Of a DNA stretch of 64,000 nt, positions 1 through 61,069 are shown in pieces. Each line of letters starts with the position of its first letter. The first letter of the stretch is position 1. Source of the DNA: the human T2T-CHM13v2.0 reference genome, Homo sapiens; assembly GCF_009914755.1 (NCBI RefSeq), contig NC_060937.1. One strand, 5' to 3'. Position numbers and translations under genes: made by a program. The notes below the pieces were generated by a model, which did not search any database, had not been told where the DNA came from, and saw only the letters and a program-made list of their open reading frames with translations.

Positions 1-129
1 AAGCAAAAAGAATCTATATATGATATACCAAAATTATTCAATCTGGCAACAATATGAAATCCAATCCATTCATCCATTCATTCAACATGTATTAATGAAG
101 TGCTGGTTTTGTAATAGGCAATGATTTGA

Positions 130-360
130 GGTTAATATCAGAATGTAAGCAGCACTGTGACTGCCTAGATACAAACCCTGGCTCCTTCATTACTAGCTGT
201 GAGACATTAATCAAGTTACTTACCTTTTCTGTAAACTGTCAAGATACTAATGTCATTTATTTCAGAGATTTGTTTCTATGTTTAAATGAGTTAATATTTG
301 TTAAGGTCGTAGAAATGTGCCAGGCACACAGTGAATGCTATTCAAGTGTTTGATAAATAA
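130..360 (+). mobile_element. MIR fragment
   Basis: ...cctggctccttcattactagctgtgagacattaatcaagttacttacc...ctgtaaa MIR core-like sequence. Confidence 0.6.
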
Positions 361-493
361 AGTAGGTCACATTAGCCTCTGTTCTCCAAACATGGACAGA
401 ATTGATGTGCTTTCTTCTCTTCCATGATCATTTCTAATTTAGAAAACAAAACACAGCAAAACTAACAAATATTCCAAAAATGAATGAACATAC

Positions 494-48574
<48,081 letters not shown>

Positions 48575-48918
48575 AGGAGGAGCCGGGCGGTCTTTACCCA
48601 GCCTGGGCCGCCTCCCGGGCCGCCGCCGCCACAGCCCTCAGGAGCGGGAGAAGGCCGGGTTCCTCGCTTCCGCGGCGGCGGCGGCCTAAGGTCTGGGCGT
48701 CCAGGACGTTGCTATAGCAGCGCCCAGGTCCGGACCTGGAGCAAAGGGCGCGTCTGCCCGCGCAGGGTCAGCGTGCACCCAGAACCCTGCGGGACCAGAG
48801 AAGACCTCTTGGACGAGCCCGAGTGGACACAGCCGTTCACCCGAAGAGGGTACCTCCTGGGTACCGGCTCCCCAGGGCGCCACCCTCCCTGGCGTTTGGG
48901 GCTGGACACTCCATGTCC
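48575..48918 (-). other. DZIP1: Candidate 5'UTR part of the start-codon exon
   Basis: Acceptor-like CTCCCCACGCCTGCCTTAG|GG at 48919; an alternative TTAG acceptor exists near 48686. Confidence 0.35.
48708..48721. promoter_or_regulatory. RFX X-box-like motif GTTGCTATAGCAGC
   Basis: One mismatch from the palindromic X-box GTTGCTATAGCAAC; lies in the CpG island of a ciliary gene. Confidence 0.45.
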
Positions 48919-49587
48919 CTAAGGCAGGCGTGGGGAGCCACATCCCTGGGAACCTTTGGTCTTAACTGCCATCCCCTGGTTATTTATTCACTGTAGCCCT
49001 GGCCTTAGGCTTTGAAATTAGAAATATCTATTCATTCCATCATTAATAGAAAAAGAAAAAAAAAGTAGTATCTATTCATCCTCATCTTTTACACACGATT
49101 TAGAAAACATTAAGCAATAAAATATATATAATTAAATGTGATAGAGGGGGACTCGCTGCAAAAGGGCATGAGGAAGCTTTTGGCATAACAGAAATGTTTT
49201 TCATTTTGATTGTGGTGTTGATTACCCAGCAATATACACTTGGCCAAATTCACCGAATTGTGTCCTTAAAGTTAAGGGTACATTTTTATTATATCTCAAT
49301 AAAGTTGTTTTTTAAATGAAATTTGCAGTTAATCATATTTGATGGCAGGCTTTCTAGATTTCTGACACCCAAGTTGCTTTTTAAATGGAGTCTTTCTTCC
49401 TTTGTAGGTTAGCAGCCTAAATATAACATTTTGATAAAAGTACGAACCAAAGAACTCCCCAAAATATGTAATACTTCACCTGTCTTTCCAAAAGGATACA
49501 TACTCAAAATGCTGAAGGTAGAAACAGATGGAGGGGGATTTTAGCCATCAGCTTTACCAACAAGTTTTACAGGGCCATGGTATTTAC

Positions 49588-49630
49588 CTTACAAACTTGG
49601 GTCGGGGCTGCATTCTGGGCTTTGGAGAGG
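49588..49630 (-). other. DZIP1: Candidate DZIP1 5'UTR exon (5' boundary uncertain; may extend to ~49802)
   Basis: Donor AAG|GTAAAT at 49588/49587; possible acceptors ATTTTAG at 49631 or GTTAG at 49803. Confidence 0.3.
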
Positions 49631-50067
49631 CTAAAATATTTCTAGCAGCGACTTGTAGACCTCAGGCCTCTCATTTCTATGGGTCTTCTGGGGGCCTCCA
49701 GTGGTTACCACAGAGATCAATAAGCTGAGGAAAAGCCAGACATTCCCCAATCCACCGGGGAATTCCTGCTTGGACCAGACATCAGGAATTTTTTTTTCTT
49801 TCCTAACATCCAAATATGTGAACAGAAGAAAGGAAAATACAATTCAGAGTAACTGGAAGCAAAGTTGTAATATCAAATATATTTAGCACTTTCAAGATAT
49901 TGTTAACTAGAAATAAACCCAAGCAAAAACATCCAGGAAATAAAACACGCACTTCATATGGTTTCAAATAAACCATATGTCCAAGTTAATTGGCCTTTAT
50001 TCCCTGCAACCAGGCATAAAAAGTGCTAAAGACATAAATAGTTTCAAAGTTTGATTCTGTCACTTAC

Positions 50068-50243
50068 TTGCTCCCTGATCTAGAACAAATTGTCAGCTCT
50101 AAGACTTAGCTTCCTCCATCTGTTTAAGAGCATCAAGACACCGACCTGGCAGGTCTGTAGATTCTGGACTCCATCCACTGGGCTGCAGGATCAGCGGGAA
50201 CAAGAGCTGTGGTCTCTCTTGCTCAAGTATACGTCCCTAGAAC
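50068..50243 (-). other. DZIP1: Candidate DZIP1 5'UTR exon
   Basis: Pyrimidine-rich acceptor CCTGTCCTCTGCTAG|GTT at 50244 and donor CAA|GTAAGT at 50068/50067; no transcript evidence available. Confidence 0.45.
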
Positions 50244-50399
50244 CTAGCAGAGGACAGGCACGGAGAAGGCGTTCAGAATTTGCTGAATGGACACGTGAAT
50301 GAAGAACGATCGAATGACTTAGGCGCTTAGTTAAGGAAACATCAGCTCCTGGCCCTTTATCCCTCCTATTTTTGCTGCCTCTGGCCTGTTAGAACGATT

Positions 50400-51400
50400 A
50401 ACCCATGATCTGGGCCAAGGGCTTCAGAGCTGAACGTGGGGGTGGCCCGCGCGCCCCCGCTGAGATCTGGGCGCAGAGGCCTGCGGGCCCGAGGTACCCA
50501 TCTCCGTTGGCCGCCACACTCCATCGTGGGGCGTCGTGCCGCTGACCACCCCTTTCCCCTTGCGTGGATCTCGGTCACAAGATGGCCGGAACAGGAAAGA
50601 AGGGGGCATGCTTTCCCGTTCCCTCCCTCCCCCATCCCGGGCAGGGCCCCCAGCCTTGCGCGGCGCCTCAAGTCCCAGGCGCATGGCACCGCCGGGCAGC
50701 CGAACCAGCAGACAAAAGCCGAGAGACGCGGGTTCCAGGGGAACCTCGGCGCCCTTCCTTGGAAGGCAAACAGGCAGTGGGGGCAGCGGCGGCTACTCCA
50801 GCTGGATCTGCAGAGGCTCGGCTCGCAGCCTGGAGAGGCAGGAGGGCCGGCTTCGCGGGTATCGGGATGCCCCGTCAGCCACCTCCTGTGGGCGCCTGGC
50901 GCATCCCCGGTCTCGGCTCACCCCAGCTGCGCGCTCCTGGGCGGGTGCCGGGCGCTGCAGGCGGGCGGGGGCGACACAGGGGACCCAGACCCCAGGGTCG
51001 CTGCTGACGCGGGCCGGGCCCGCGGAGGCCGAGGAGCAGCAAAGCGGAGAGAGGCAGGCCGGCTCCTTCTTGCAGGGCGCAGGATGAAACGTGTCTGGTC
51101 TGGGCAAGTTGTGGCGAGGCGGGTCGACTGGCGCCGCTCTAGGGCCTTCCAGACTCCGGACCACGGACGACTCAGGATACCCCACCCCCCTCCCGCCCCC
51201 TCCCCTCCGCGATCTCCCTCCGGCCTCTTCCCTCGGTGTCCCGGCTCCTCTGGCAACTGGGCGGGACCGCGAGCGTCTAGACCGCAGCGCTAAAATGCGC
51301 TCAGCCAATCCGGCAGCTGGCGCAGACACGTGGTTCGGGGGCGCGCTCCGTTGCTGGCCCTGGATGCTAACCCTAGGAAGGCTTTTCAAAGAGAAACCAG
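50400..51400. promoter_or_regulatory. DZIP1: CpG island / DZIP1 promoter and probable first non-coding exon
   Basis: Very GC- and CpG-rich; GC box GGGCGGG 51259-51265, CCAAT 51305-51309, E-box CACGTG 51327-51332; candidate minus-strand donor GGG|GTGAGC at 50922/50921. Confidence 0.8.
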
Positions 51401-51864
51401 ATTCGCTCCTACCCGGTTGTTGGTCTGGCCCTCAGCAAGCTAATTTCCCAGAGGAGCTTCAGGTGAATTATCTTCCAAAAAGAGATGCGTTTTAATCGCA
51501 GAAGTCTGCAGATGCGAAGGACCTTGAAAAGGCTATCTAATGTGGCCCTGCATTTGAGTGACGTGGAAAACCGAGATTAGGGACTTTTCACCAAAGCCCT
51601 CTAGGATTTAAACCCACGTAGGTTTCTGCGTCTCTTTCCGTTATGCCCACTTCAGGATGAAAGGCACGGATCTTTGTTGGTAGAAAGTTAGGCACTGAAT
51701 TACAGGAGATGTGGGTCCGGAGTAGTGTGCTCATTTATGTAACCTAAAATTGGAACACGTGGGACAAAAGTCAGTATTTTTAAGTAACAAGTAATCCAGA
51801 ACGTATGTATATACCATCATGAGAAATGAAGGCATCTTTTGCAAAACCTAAGTGTCTAATGCAG

Positions 51865-51865
<1 letters not shown>

Positions 51866-51906
<41 letters not shown>

Positions 51907-51912
51907 TATATA
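51866..51912. repeat. (TA)n microsatellite upstream of the promoter
   Basis: Visible tandem repeat. Confidence 0.9.
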
Positions 51913-52236
51913 TGTTTTTAAATTAGAGAGGAGTAGCTGCAGAACTTTTACTGGACCAACATGCCGTTGTAAAAGTGCCTTTCCTTGTGCTTCTCCCTGA
52001 CAGAATCAACTTTGTACCATACTTTAGCACAAGGCTTCAAACATAGCAACAGCTAAATATGTATTTATGTTGAATTCCTTGCTTTAGTTTTATTTGAAGC
52101 CATAAGGCCAAGATGACCATGATGGGATTTTAAATTGGTCTAATTTTAAAATTATTTTGAAAGAAAATTCAAGATCTCTATAAAAATCCTCTAAGTACTA
52201 TGGGGAAAGATTTCTAGATAGAAATTTCAGACAATA

Positions 52237-52745
<509 letters not shown>

Positions 52746-53276
52746 TCAGTATATTACCCTACAGGTGTAGAATTGGAATAAGAAGAATCAATTGACTTTG
52801 GCATGACTTAGCAGCCATGATGCATTCTTGATCTATGCACAAACCACTTTTACCAATTGTATAATGGTATACATATTTTTAATGATTAAGGTATCTCTCT
52901 CGTCGGTCAGACTATAAGAACCTCAAGTATTCCAGCATTTTGAGCATTTAGTAAGTCCTCAAATAAATATTTGCTTTTTGAAGACAGAAATGATCCTAAA
53001 GAATGAAATAATAATACTGGTGAACATTAATCATTTTGTACAGTAAATAAACAAAAGCATTGTAGCTGAATTTATTTCAAATGATTGTTTCTGTTTCTCT
53101 CATTTCAAAATAGTTATTGATATTACCTGGCTAATGTCCTTTAGTATGAAGGCGATAAATAAAGAAGGGCAGAAATCACATGTGTTGTCTGATTCAATAC
53201 ATATTAATTATTTTGCCTCATATTCCCATTTCAGATACCTAACCTTGGTTTTATATACATGGTTTAAAGAATAATA

Positions 53277-53596
<320 letters not shown>

Positions 53597-53650
53597 TTAT
53601 TAAGAAAGTGAAGGAATAAAAAAAAAATGTACTCCATAGGCAGAACAGCC

Positions 53651-54116
53651 TGTACCACATTTTTTAAATCCAATCCACTGTTGACAGGCACTTTGATTGA
53701 TTCCACGCCCTTGCTATAGTGAATAGTGCTGTGATGAACATATGGGTATATGTGTCTATTTGATAGAATGAATTATTTTCATTTGGGTATATACCAGGTA
53801 GTGGGATTGCTGGGTTGAATGGTAGCTCTGTTTTAAGTTATTTGAGAAATCTCCAAACTGCTTTCCACAGTGGCTGAACTAGTTTGTATTTCCACCAACA
53901 ACGTATAAGCATTCCCTTTTCTCTGAAGCCTCGCCAACATCTGTTGTTTTTTGACTTTTTACTAATTGCCATTCTGACTGATGGAAAACGACATTAACAG
54001 ACACTTCTCAAAGGAACACATACAAGCGGCCAACATACGTATGAAAAAATGCTCAACACCACGAATCATCAAAAAAATGCAAATCAAAACAATGAGAAAC
54101 CATCTCATACCAGTCA
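53651..54116 (-). mobile_element. L1 (L1P-like) 3' fragment with internal inversion (minus 53651-53980, plus 53981-54116)
   Basis: Minus part ends ...attctgactg; plus part ends ...ccatctcataccagtca, the adjacent L1 consensus position. Confidence 0.8.
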
Positions 54117-54401
54117 CTGTGAGATTTAACAGATTTTAGGGCTGGTTTATAGGGAGAAATGTATTTAGGGGCTTGCAGGGAATTTCTTTGTAATTTGTGA
54201 GGGAGGCCATCTGGGAAGGTGTATGGCCTTCTATTATTGTGGGAATCTGACTTATATATAAGGCTCTGGCATGGAATTGTGAAATTACAACCATCTGTTT
54301 GGAAACAAAATGGTAGGCAGTATTGCCCCAACTCAGTTGCCAAGCTCAAATCTCCTTTGGCATAGTGAGTTTGGGGTCCCAAGATTTTATTTTCTTTCAC
54401 A
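54117..54401 (-). mobile_element. ERV1 MER4-group LTR fragment
   Basis: Ends ...tttggggtcccaagattttattttctttcaca (reverse complement of TGTGAAAGAAAATAAAATCTTGGG). Confidence 0.65.
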
Positions 54402-54687
54402 CTTGGAACCTGAAAGTCAGACCCACATACTAAGGATGGGAAGGCAGAATGATGTTGTAAAGGGGTCATATCAGTCTTGAACCACCTGCATCTAGACATC
54501 TCTTCCAGGTGAGAAACCTTTTCAAGACATTTATCTGGATATTCTCTTTTATGCAGAAAAATCGAATTTTAACTGCCATTAGAACCTCCCACATCTCATG
54601 ATTGTTCTGTGGATTACAGGGAACTGTTCTTGTGATAATTCAACTTCAATTGCATTCACTGCCACTATAACAATTAAATTCCTGGGA

Positions 54688-54990
54688 GGGTTGGGCACAG
54701 TGATTCACACCTGTAATGCCAGCACTTTGGGAGGTCGAGACAGGCGGATCACCTGCGGTGTGGAGTTTGAGACCAGCCTGGTCAACATGGTGAAACCTCG
54801 TCTCTACTAAAAACACAAAAATTAGCCAGGCATGGTGTCCCATGCCTGTAGTCCCAGCTACTCAGGAGGCTGAGGGAGGAGAATCACTTGTACTCAGGAG
54901 ACAGAGATTGCAGTGAGCCAAGATTGTAACACTGCATTCCAGCCTGGGTGACAGAGTGAGACTCCATCTCAAAAATAAATAGGTAAATAA
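54688..54990 (+). mobile_element. Alu
   Basis: Alu dimer. Confidence 0.88.
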
Positions 54991-55223
54991 ATTCCTGTGA
55001 GAAAGATTCTAATTGACTTAGTCACATGCCCAACCAGTGGTTTGGCTAAACGCAGGGTGTAAATGACAGCTCCACCATAATTACTTGAAAAACACTGTAG
55101 CAATCCTCAAAGGAAGGTACCTATATAGAGAAATATGAAAACAAGACAAATGCAATGTCCATTAAATCCAACTCCTTCGCTGCTTAGCACCCACACACAC
55201 TCATATTCTTCTTTCTATTGATA

Positions 55224-57345
55224 TGTCTTAGTCTGTTTTGTGCCACTACAACAAAGTACCTGAGACCGGGTAATTTATAAAAATGGAAATTTATTTTCTC
55301 ATACTTCTGGGGGCTGGGAAGTCCAAGATCAAGGCTCTTGCAGGTTTGAGTTTCTGATGAGGGCCTTCTGGTAGCGTCCTCACATGGCAGAAAGCTGAAG
55401 GGCAAGAGAGAGTGAAAGAGCAAGTGAGCAGAATGCTTTATGAAGCCTCTTTTATAAGGGCTTTACTCCCATTAATGAGGGAGGCATCTTGATGGCCTAA
55501 TTGCCTCTTAAAGGCCCCACCTCTTAATACCATCACATTGCCAACACCTGAATTTTGGAAGGGACACATTCGAACCACAGCATTCTGCTGTGGCCCCCAA
55601 AATTCATATCCTTCTCACATACAAAATACATGTCTTCCTTCCCAGTAGCCCCGAAAGTCTTAACTTATTCCAGTATCAGCTCAAAAGTCTAAAATTCAGA
55701 GTCTCATTTAAATCAGATATGGGTAAGAGTCAGTGTATGATTCATCCTGAGACAAATTCCCTCCAGCTTTGAATCTAAGAAATCAAACAAGCTAAGGGCT
55801 TTAAAAGTACAATGGTGTATTTAGGCATGGGATGAACATTCCCATTTCAAAAGAGAGAAATAGGGAAGCAGAAAGGAGTGACAGATTCCAAGCAACTCCA
55901 AAACTCGACAAGGCAAACACCACCAAATCTTGAGGCCTAAGAACAACCTTCCCTTACTTCATGTCCTGCCTTCTGAACACACTGGGGCAGAGGTTAAGGT
56001 CCCCAAGGCCCCAAGGTACCCCACCCCTGCAGCTTTGCTGGGCACAGCCCATGGAGCAGCTGTCACAGGTTGGTGTTGGGTACCTGTGGCTCTCACAGGT
56101 TGGCATTGCATGCTGGCATTTCTATAGGTCTGGGGTCTCTGGGGCAGAGACCCTACCCCCATGGCTTCACTAAGGCCTGCTCTAGTGGGGATTCTCTGCA
56201 GTGTCCCTGCCCCCAGAGCAAGTCTCTGCTTGGGCCCCAACAGTGTCTGAGATATCCTTTGAATTCTAGGTGGAGGCCAATAATGCTTCCACAGCTCTTG
56301 CACTCTGCAAGCCTGCAGAATTAGCACCACCTGGATGCAGCCAAGGTGTGTATGGCTATGCCTTCCAAGATGGTGGCCTGAGCCACACCTGGGCCTGCTT
56401 GAGCTACAGCTGGGAAAGCTGAGGCGTGCTACCCCAAAATGCGGAATGCAGAGACCCAAGGCAGCCCTGGGCAGTGAGCCCCAAGGTTCCATGAACCCCT
56501 GAGCCATGCAAAACTACTCTTCTCTCAAGGCCCTGGCACTCTGGGCCTGAAATGGGCATGGCAGCCTCAAAGATCTCTGAATTGCCTTTGGGGTCACTCT
56601 CCCATTGTCTTGATGAATATCACCTGGCTTCCTTGTATCCATAGTAATCTCCATATCAACAGTCATTTGGCCACTCTCGGTTTTCTCCCCAACACATTTT
56701 TTAAATCTTTATATGCCCAGGCTGTGAATTTTCCAAATCTTTACATTCTGCTTCTCTTTTAATTATAAATTTTATCTTTAAGTCATTTCTCTCCTCTTGC
56801 ATTTTAATAGAAGCAGTTAAGAGAAGCACTACAACTCTTTCAATATTTTGCTGCTTAGTGTTCTCTGAGCCAGGTGGATGCCTCTCTTCCTCCATGCATC
56901 CTTTCTCCACCTCCCAGGAATGGCCAGGTGTCCCCACTGGCTCCTGGGCCAGGAGGCATCCAAGGTTCTGTGAAGCTGCTGAAGGAGCCTGTCTTTGTTT
57001 GTGCTGCTATGATATAAAATTTATTTTCTCTCAGTTCTGGAGGCTGGGAAGTTCAAGATCAAGGTGCCGCCGTGTTCCATTTTCTGGTGAAGGTCCAATC
57101 TCTGCTTCCAAGATGAAGCCTTGATGCTGAATCCTTGTAGGGGAAAAACACTGCATCTTCCCATGGTAGAAAAGCTGGAAGGACAAGAGAACCAAATGCT
57201 TTGTGAAGCCTCCTTATAAGGGCCTTAATCCCATTCATAAAAGGAGGAGCCCTTATGGCCAAATCACCTCTTACAGGCCCCATCTCTTAATACTATTACA
57301 TTGGTAACACCTGAATTTTGGAGGCGGCCTATTCAAATCATAGTA
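55224..57345 (-). mobile_element. MaLR MST-type element: LTR (55224-55582), internal region (~55583-56860), second LTR (~56990-57345)
   Basis: Two similar LTRs (tggaggctgggaagt(c/t)caagatcaagg...ggcccc..ctcttaatac...acacctgaattttgga) flanking MaLR-internal sequence. Confidence 0.8.
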
Positions 57346-57934
57346 ACAAACAATTCAAAAAATATCCTGTTAATAAAAAGTAAATAACTTATGCAGACTT
57401 GCCCTATGCTACACTGAGAGGTTACCCAGCAGCACCTCCCACTATCATGACACAATGCCAGGAAGACTTGTGAAATGGCAATTTCTGGATTACGTCTATT
57501 TTTACCTCTAGTTCCTTTTTAATTATGTCTTGTTTCTTAAATCTATAGCCTCGGTGGTAAATGAAGCCACGTTAACACACCCTACAAGCAATAGAAAAGC
57601 AAAAAGGAAAAGATGGAAAAAAACATTTTTTACATTTCGTGGCCCATTAAGAAATCAAGGCAGTTGCAGTAATTCAGATGGCCATAGAAGAGGGTCCTGC
57701 ATATACTCAGATAATGCATTGCATAAAATCACCACATCTAAGGGGATGGCATTCATCATTGACATATGTTAAATTATGAAACTAACAACAATGACAGAGA
57801 AGAAAAATGGAAAGAACCTAGGTAATTAATGACATTATTGAGCAGAAGATCATATTGTGCCTGAAGTCTGTCCTACGTATGGACTTCCAGTGAAGTGAGA
57901 TAATAAACTACTTTATTGTTTAATCCAATCTGAG

Positions 57935-58830
57935 GAATAAGAAACACTTACAAACATGGAAAATATTAACACAGCTATATCAATAATCATTTTAAATATG
58001 AATGGTCCAATACATAAACCAATTAAAAGACAGATTAAATACAAGATCCAACAAAATGTTATGTATAAGAAATCCACTTCATATATGAAGACTCAGATAG
58101 ATTAAAAGCTAAGGGATGGAAACAGATATACTGTGCTAACACTAATAAAAAGAAATCTGGAGTGGATACATTAATTTCAGAGAAAGCAGACTTCAGAACA
58201 AGGAAAATTATCAGGGATAAAGAGGGGTACCACATAATAATAAAGGGATCAATATTTGTAAAAGACATAACTATCTTAATATCTATGTATATGAGAACAG
58301 AATGTCAAATACCTGAGGATGGTTAGAATTGCAAGAGAAATAGACAAAATCACTGTTATAGTTGGAGACTTCAACACCTTCCTTTTAACAACTGATAAAT
58401 CAAGCAGGAAGAAAATCAGTAATGTCATAATTGACCTGAAAGGCACTATCGACCAACTTGATCTAATTGATGTTTATAGGATATTCCATCTAATAACAGC
58501 AGATCACATATTCTTTGCAAATTCACATGGAATGTTCACCATGATAGACATTATGGGCCATCGAACACATCTTAACAAAAGTAAAAGAATAGAAATCATA
58601 CAAAGTATGTTGTCAGACTACAATGGAATTAAACTAGAAATCAATAGCAGAAAAATAACTGGTAAATCCCCAGATATTTGGAAATTAAACAATATACTTC
58701 TATATAATACATAGATCAAAGAAGAAATCTCAAGAAGAATTTGCAAATATTTTGAACTAAATGAAAATACAACTTATCAAAATTTGTGCAATGCAACATA
58801 AGCAGGGCTTAGAGGGAAATTGGCAAAAAT
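57935..58830 (+). mobile_element. Old L1 ORF2 endonuclease-domain fragment
   Basis: ORF 58319..58714 IVGDFNT...DLIDVYR...SDYNGIKLEIN matches the L1 APE-like endonuclease motifs. Confidence 0.88.
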
Positions 58831-59879
58831 GGCCAGGTGGCAGTCTCAACTTCCAGTCCAATTGAATCATTAATGTCTTCCCTTGAACTGGCTCAGGGCT
58901 GGAAAATAGGTTAAAAAAACAACAACAACCAAACTTACCTTTCAAGGAAGTTGGCTCAGTCCTGGCATTTGCGGTGGGGTGGGATGGAAGGGTCAAATAT
59001 TAGATAACCTACAGTTTGATTAAATATCACATTTTGGAGTCCTGTGATTAATTTGTCACAGCCAGATATTCATGAAAGTCAGACTAGGTTTTGGAATCTG
59101 ATTACAATGGCCATGTTCCTATCTGTTAGCATAACCAAGATCAGTTTATCTTTGATGGTTAATAACTTCCAAATGGGCACAGGCACTCTGAACTCCTCCC
59201 ATCCCTTTGAGATCTGGGAGCCCATTTCAGTGGCAGCTCCTGCAGCCAGCATTTCAAGTCCAGAGGAGGCTTTTTGTAAAGAGCTGTCTGCTCCCTCTGG
59301 GGTAGATACAGAATTAGTTCACTACGCTTCCATGCTGCTTTCCTCTGATGTGCCTTCCTGCTCTGCAGAGTTTAGAAAGGTAAAAACCATGCTTCTGGAC
59401 TCCTTTCCAGCTCATATTCTGGAAACAAATTGGTTTCTGCCAATTAGATCTACTCTTGAATGATTTGAAAGGCAGAAGTGAGAAAGAGGCTATTTTCCTG
59501 CTGGGTTGGCTGGTATGCTGGGTTACGAGGATGAGTATCATAGGCAAAGGCAGCAGCTGAACTCAGCGTGTCTGGTCACAACTTTCAAGGGTGTCAAGTG
59601 GCTGCTGAGACAGAAGTGGCTGCACTGACTTTTTTTATTGGAGGGTAGAACTCCTGAATGTAACACTTCCAATGCTGCCCTCCCCACCCCACGTTCCAGC
59701 TTCTCTAGCCCTTTAGAAGACTGTGCAAGCATCTAATTCTATGCAGGTTCCTTGCTGCTTACAATACCCAGAGGGGTTTCCATTTCCTACACTAAAACCA
59801 TACTGATACCCCTTACCAACCTATATTTTTTATAACTAAGATAAAAGTTTCTATCAAAGATGTGGTGAGGAGGGGTCTA

Positions 59880-60400
59880 GACTGGATGAGCATAATCTAT
59901 CTAATTTTTTATTCCCTTTTCCTGAAATTTTAATATTACTTCCTTTATACTTGTTAAGGGATTTCCGATTTGGGGGATTTCTGACTTTGTGGGACAAAGT
60001 TCAGTGTATCTTTGCATTGAATAGTCTTTCTCCAACTTGTTAGCACCCTGAATACCTAATTTCTGGGAGGTGCCCATATCTGTACATTTGATCTGATTCA
60101 AAATATGGACCATGTTCCTTGACCTAATAGCCTTAAAATCTATTCCCACAAATATTCTCTCAAGGTTTGAGGATATAAATTAGGAAGTTCCCAGAACTTC
60201 TAGATTTCTAACTCTTCTGTAGCAATATTTAACATCACCCCACCAAACCTCACCAGGCCATGCTAATTTTGCATTCTGGTTGCTGTACTGACAGTGTGGC
60301 TTGGCTCTTCAAAGAGAAAATATTAGTTCTCACGTGCAAAGGTGGCAAAGCTTCCTTAACCAAAGAAGGTGGAGGATAAACTTGAGGATAGTTTGAGGAC
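59880..60400 (-). mobile_element. Decayed ERVL/MaLR internal gag-like remnant
   Basis: Frameshifted translation ELPNLY..LREYLWE*IL...TDMG...CPTKSEI...IKEVILKFQEKGI resembles HERV-L gag (NLY..WEWIL..IDMG..WPTVSEL..VEEGIQRLREIG). Confidence 0.5.
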
Positions 60401-60419
60401 TTCAGATCCTCTATGTCAG

Positions 60420-60590
60420 TTGTTATAAAACTTAAGACTTGTTAAAACACAAAAAGATGTTCTCACCCTTAAAGTCTCTGATTTAGTAGGTTTGGGATGA
60501 GGTCAGAAAATCTGCATTTCTAACAAATTCCCAGGAAATGCTATGCCATTGTTCTGGGGATCACACTTGAAGACTCACTGCACTAAGTTT
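60420..60590. mobile_element. MER5A-like DNA transposon
   Basis: tctgatttagtaggtttgggatgaggtcagaaaatctgcatttctaacaaattcccagg. Confidence 0.75.
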
Positions 60591-60686
60591 TCCTGACTCT
60601 CTTAGATGTTGCCATTTCCACTTCTGTCAGGATCCACTGTGTTCTGATTAGTTCTCCAACTTTTTCATCAGAAAGACTTAGAAAGA

Positions 60687-60800
60687 CCAGGCGCAGTGGC
60701 TCACGTCCGTAATCCCAGCACTTCGGGAGGCCGAGGTGGGTGGATCACCTGAGGTCAGGAATTCGAGACCAGCCTAGCTAACGTGGTGAAACTCCCCGTC

Positions 60801-60835
<35 letters not shown>

Positions 60836-60985
60836 GGAGTGGTGGCCCGCCTGTGATCCCAGCTACTTGGGAGGCTAAGGCACAAGAATTGCTTGAACCC
60901 AGGAGGAGGAGGTTGCAGCGAAGCCGAGATTGCACCATTGCACCCCAGCCTGGGTGACAAAGTGAGACTCTATCTCAAAAAAAAT
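60687..60985 (+). mobile_element. Alu with expanded middle A-tract, followed by (TA)n
   Basis: Alu dimer with ~28 A in the linker. Confidence 0.88.
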
Positions 60986-61069
60986 ATTTATATATATATA
61001 CACATATATATATAATATGTTATATATATAAAACATTTCAAATATGAAACTTCCCTTATTCTCCCTTAT

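Noticed and set aside
50436-51293. 285-aa plus-strand ORF (and overlapping 183, 147 and 198-aa ORFs) in the promoter CpG island
   Set aside because: Non-ATG start for most, Arg/Gly/Pro/Ala low-complexity composition, several frames open at once: expected from extreme GC content, and no recognisable domain.
55959-56507. 182-aa ORF
   Set aside because: Lies within the MaLR (MST) internal region; degenerate, not a host gene.
58933-59010. Perfect minus-strand donor AAG|GTAAGT suggesting a far-upstream DZIP1 exon
   Set aside because: Only a poor acceptor upstream and no promoter features; isolated consensus donors occur by chance.
59044-59463. 139-aa plus-strand ORF upstream of DZIP1
   Set aside because: GTG start, no recognisable homology, overlaps old LTR-like sequence.
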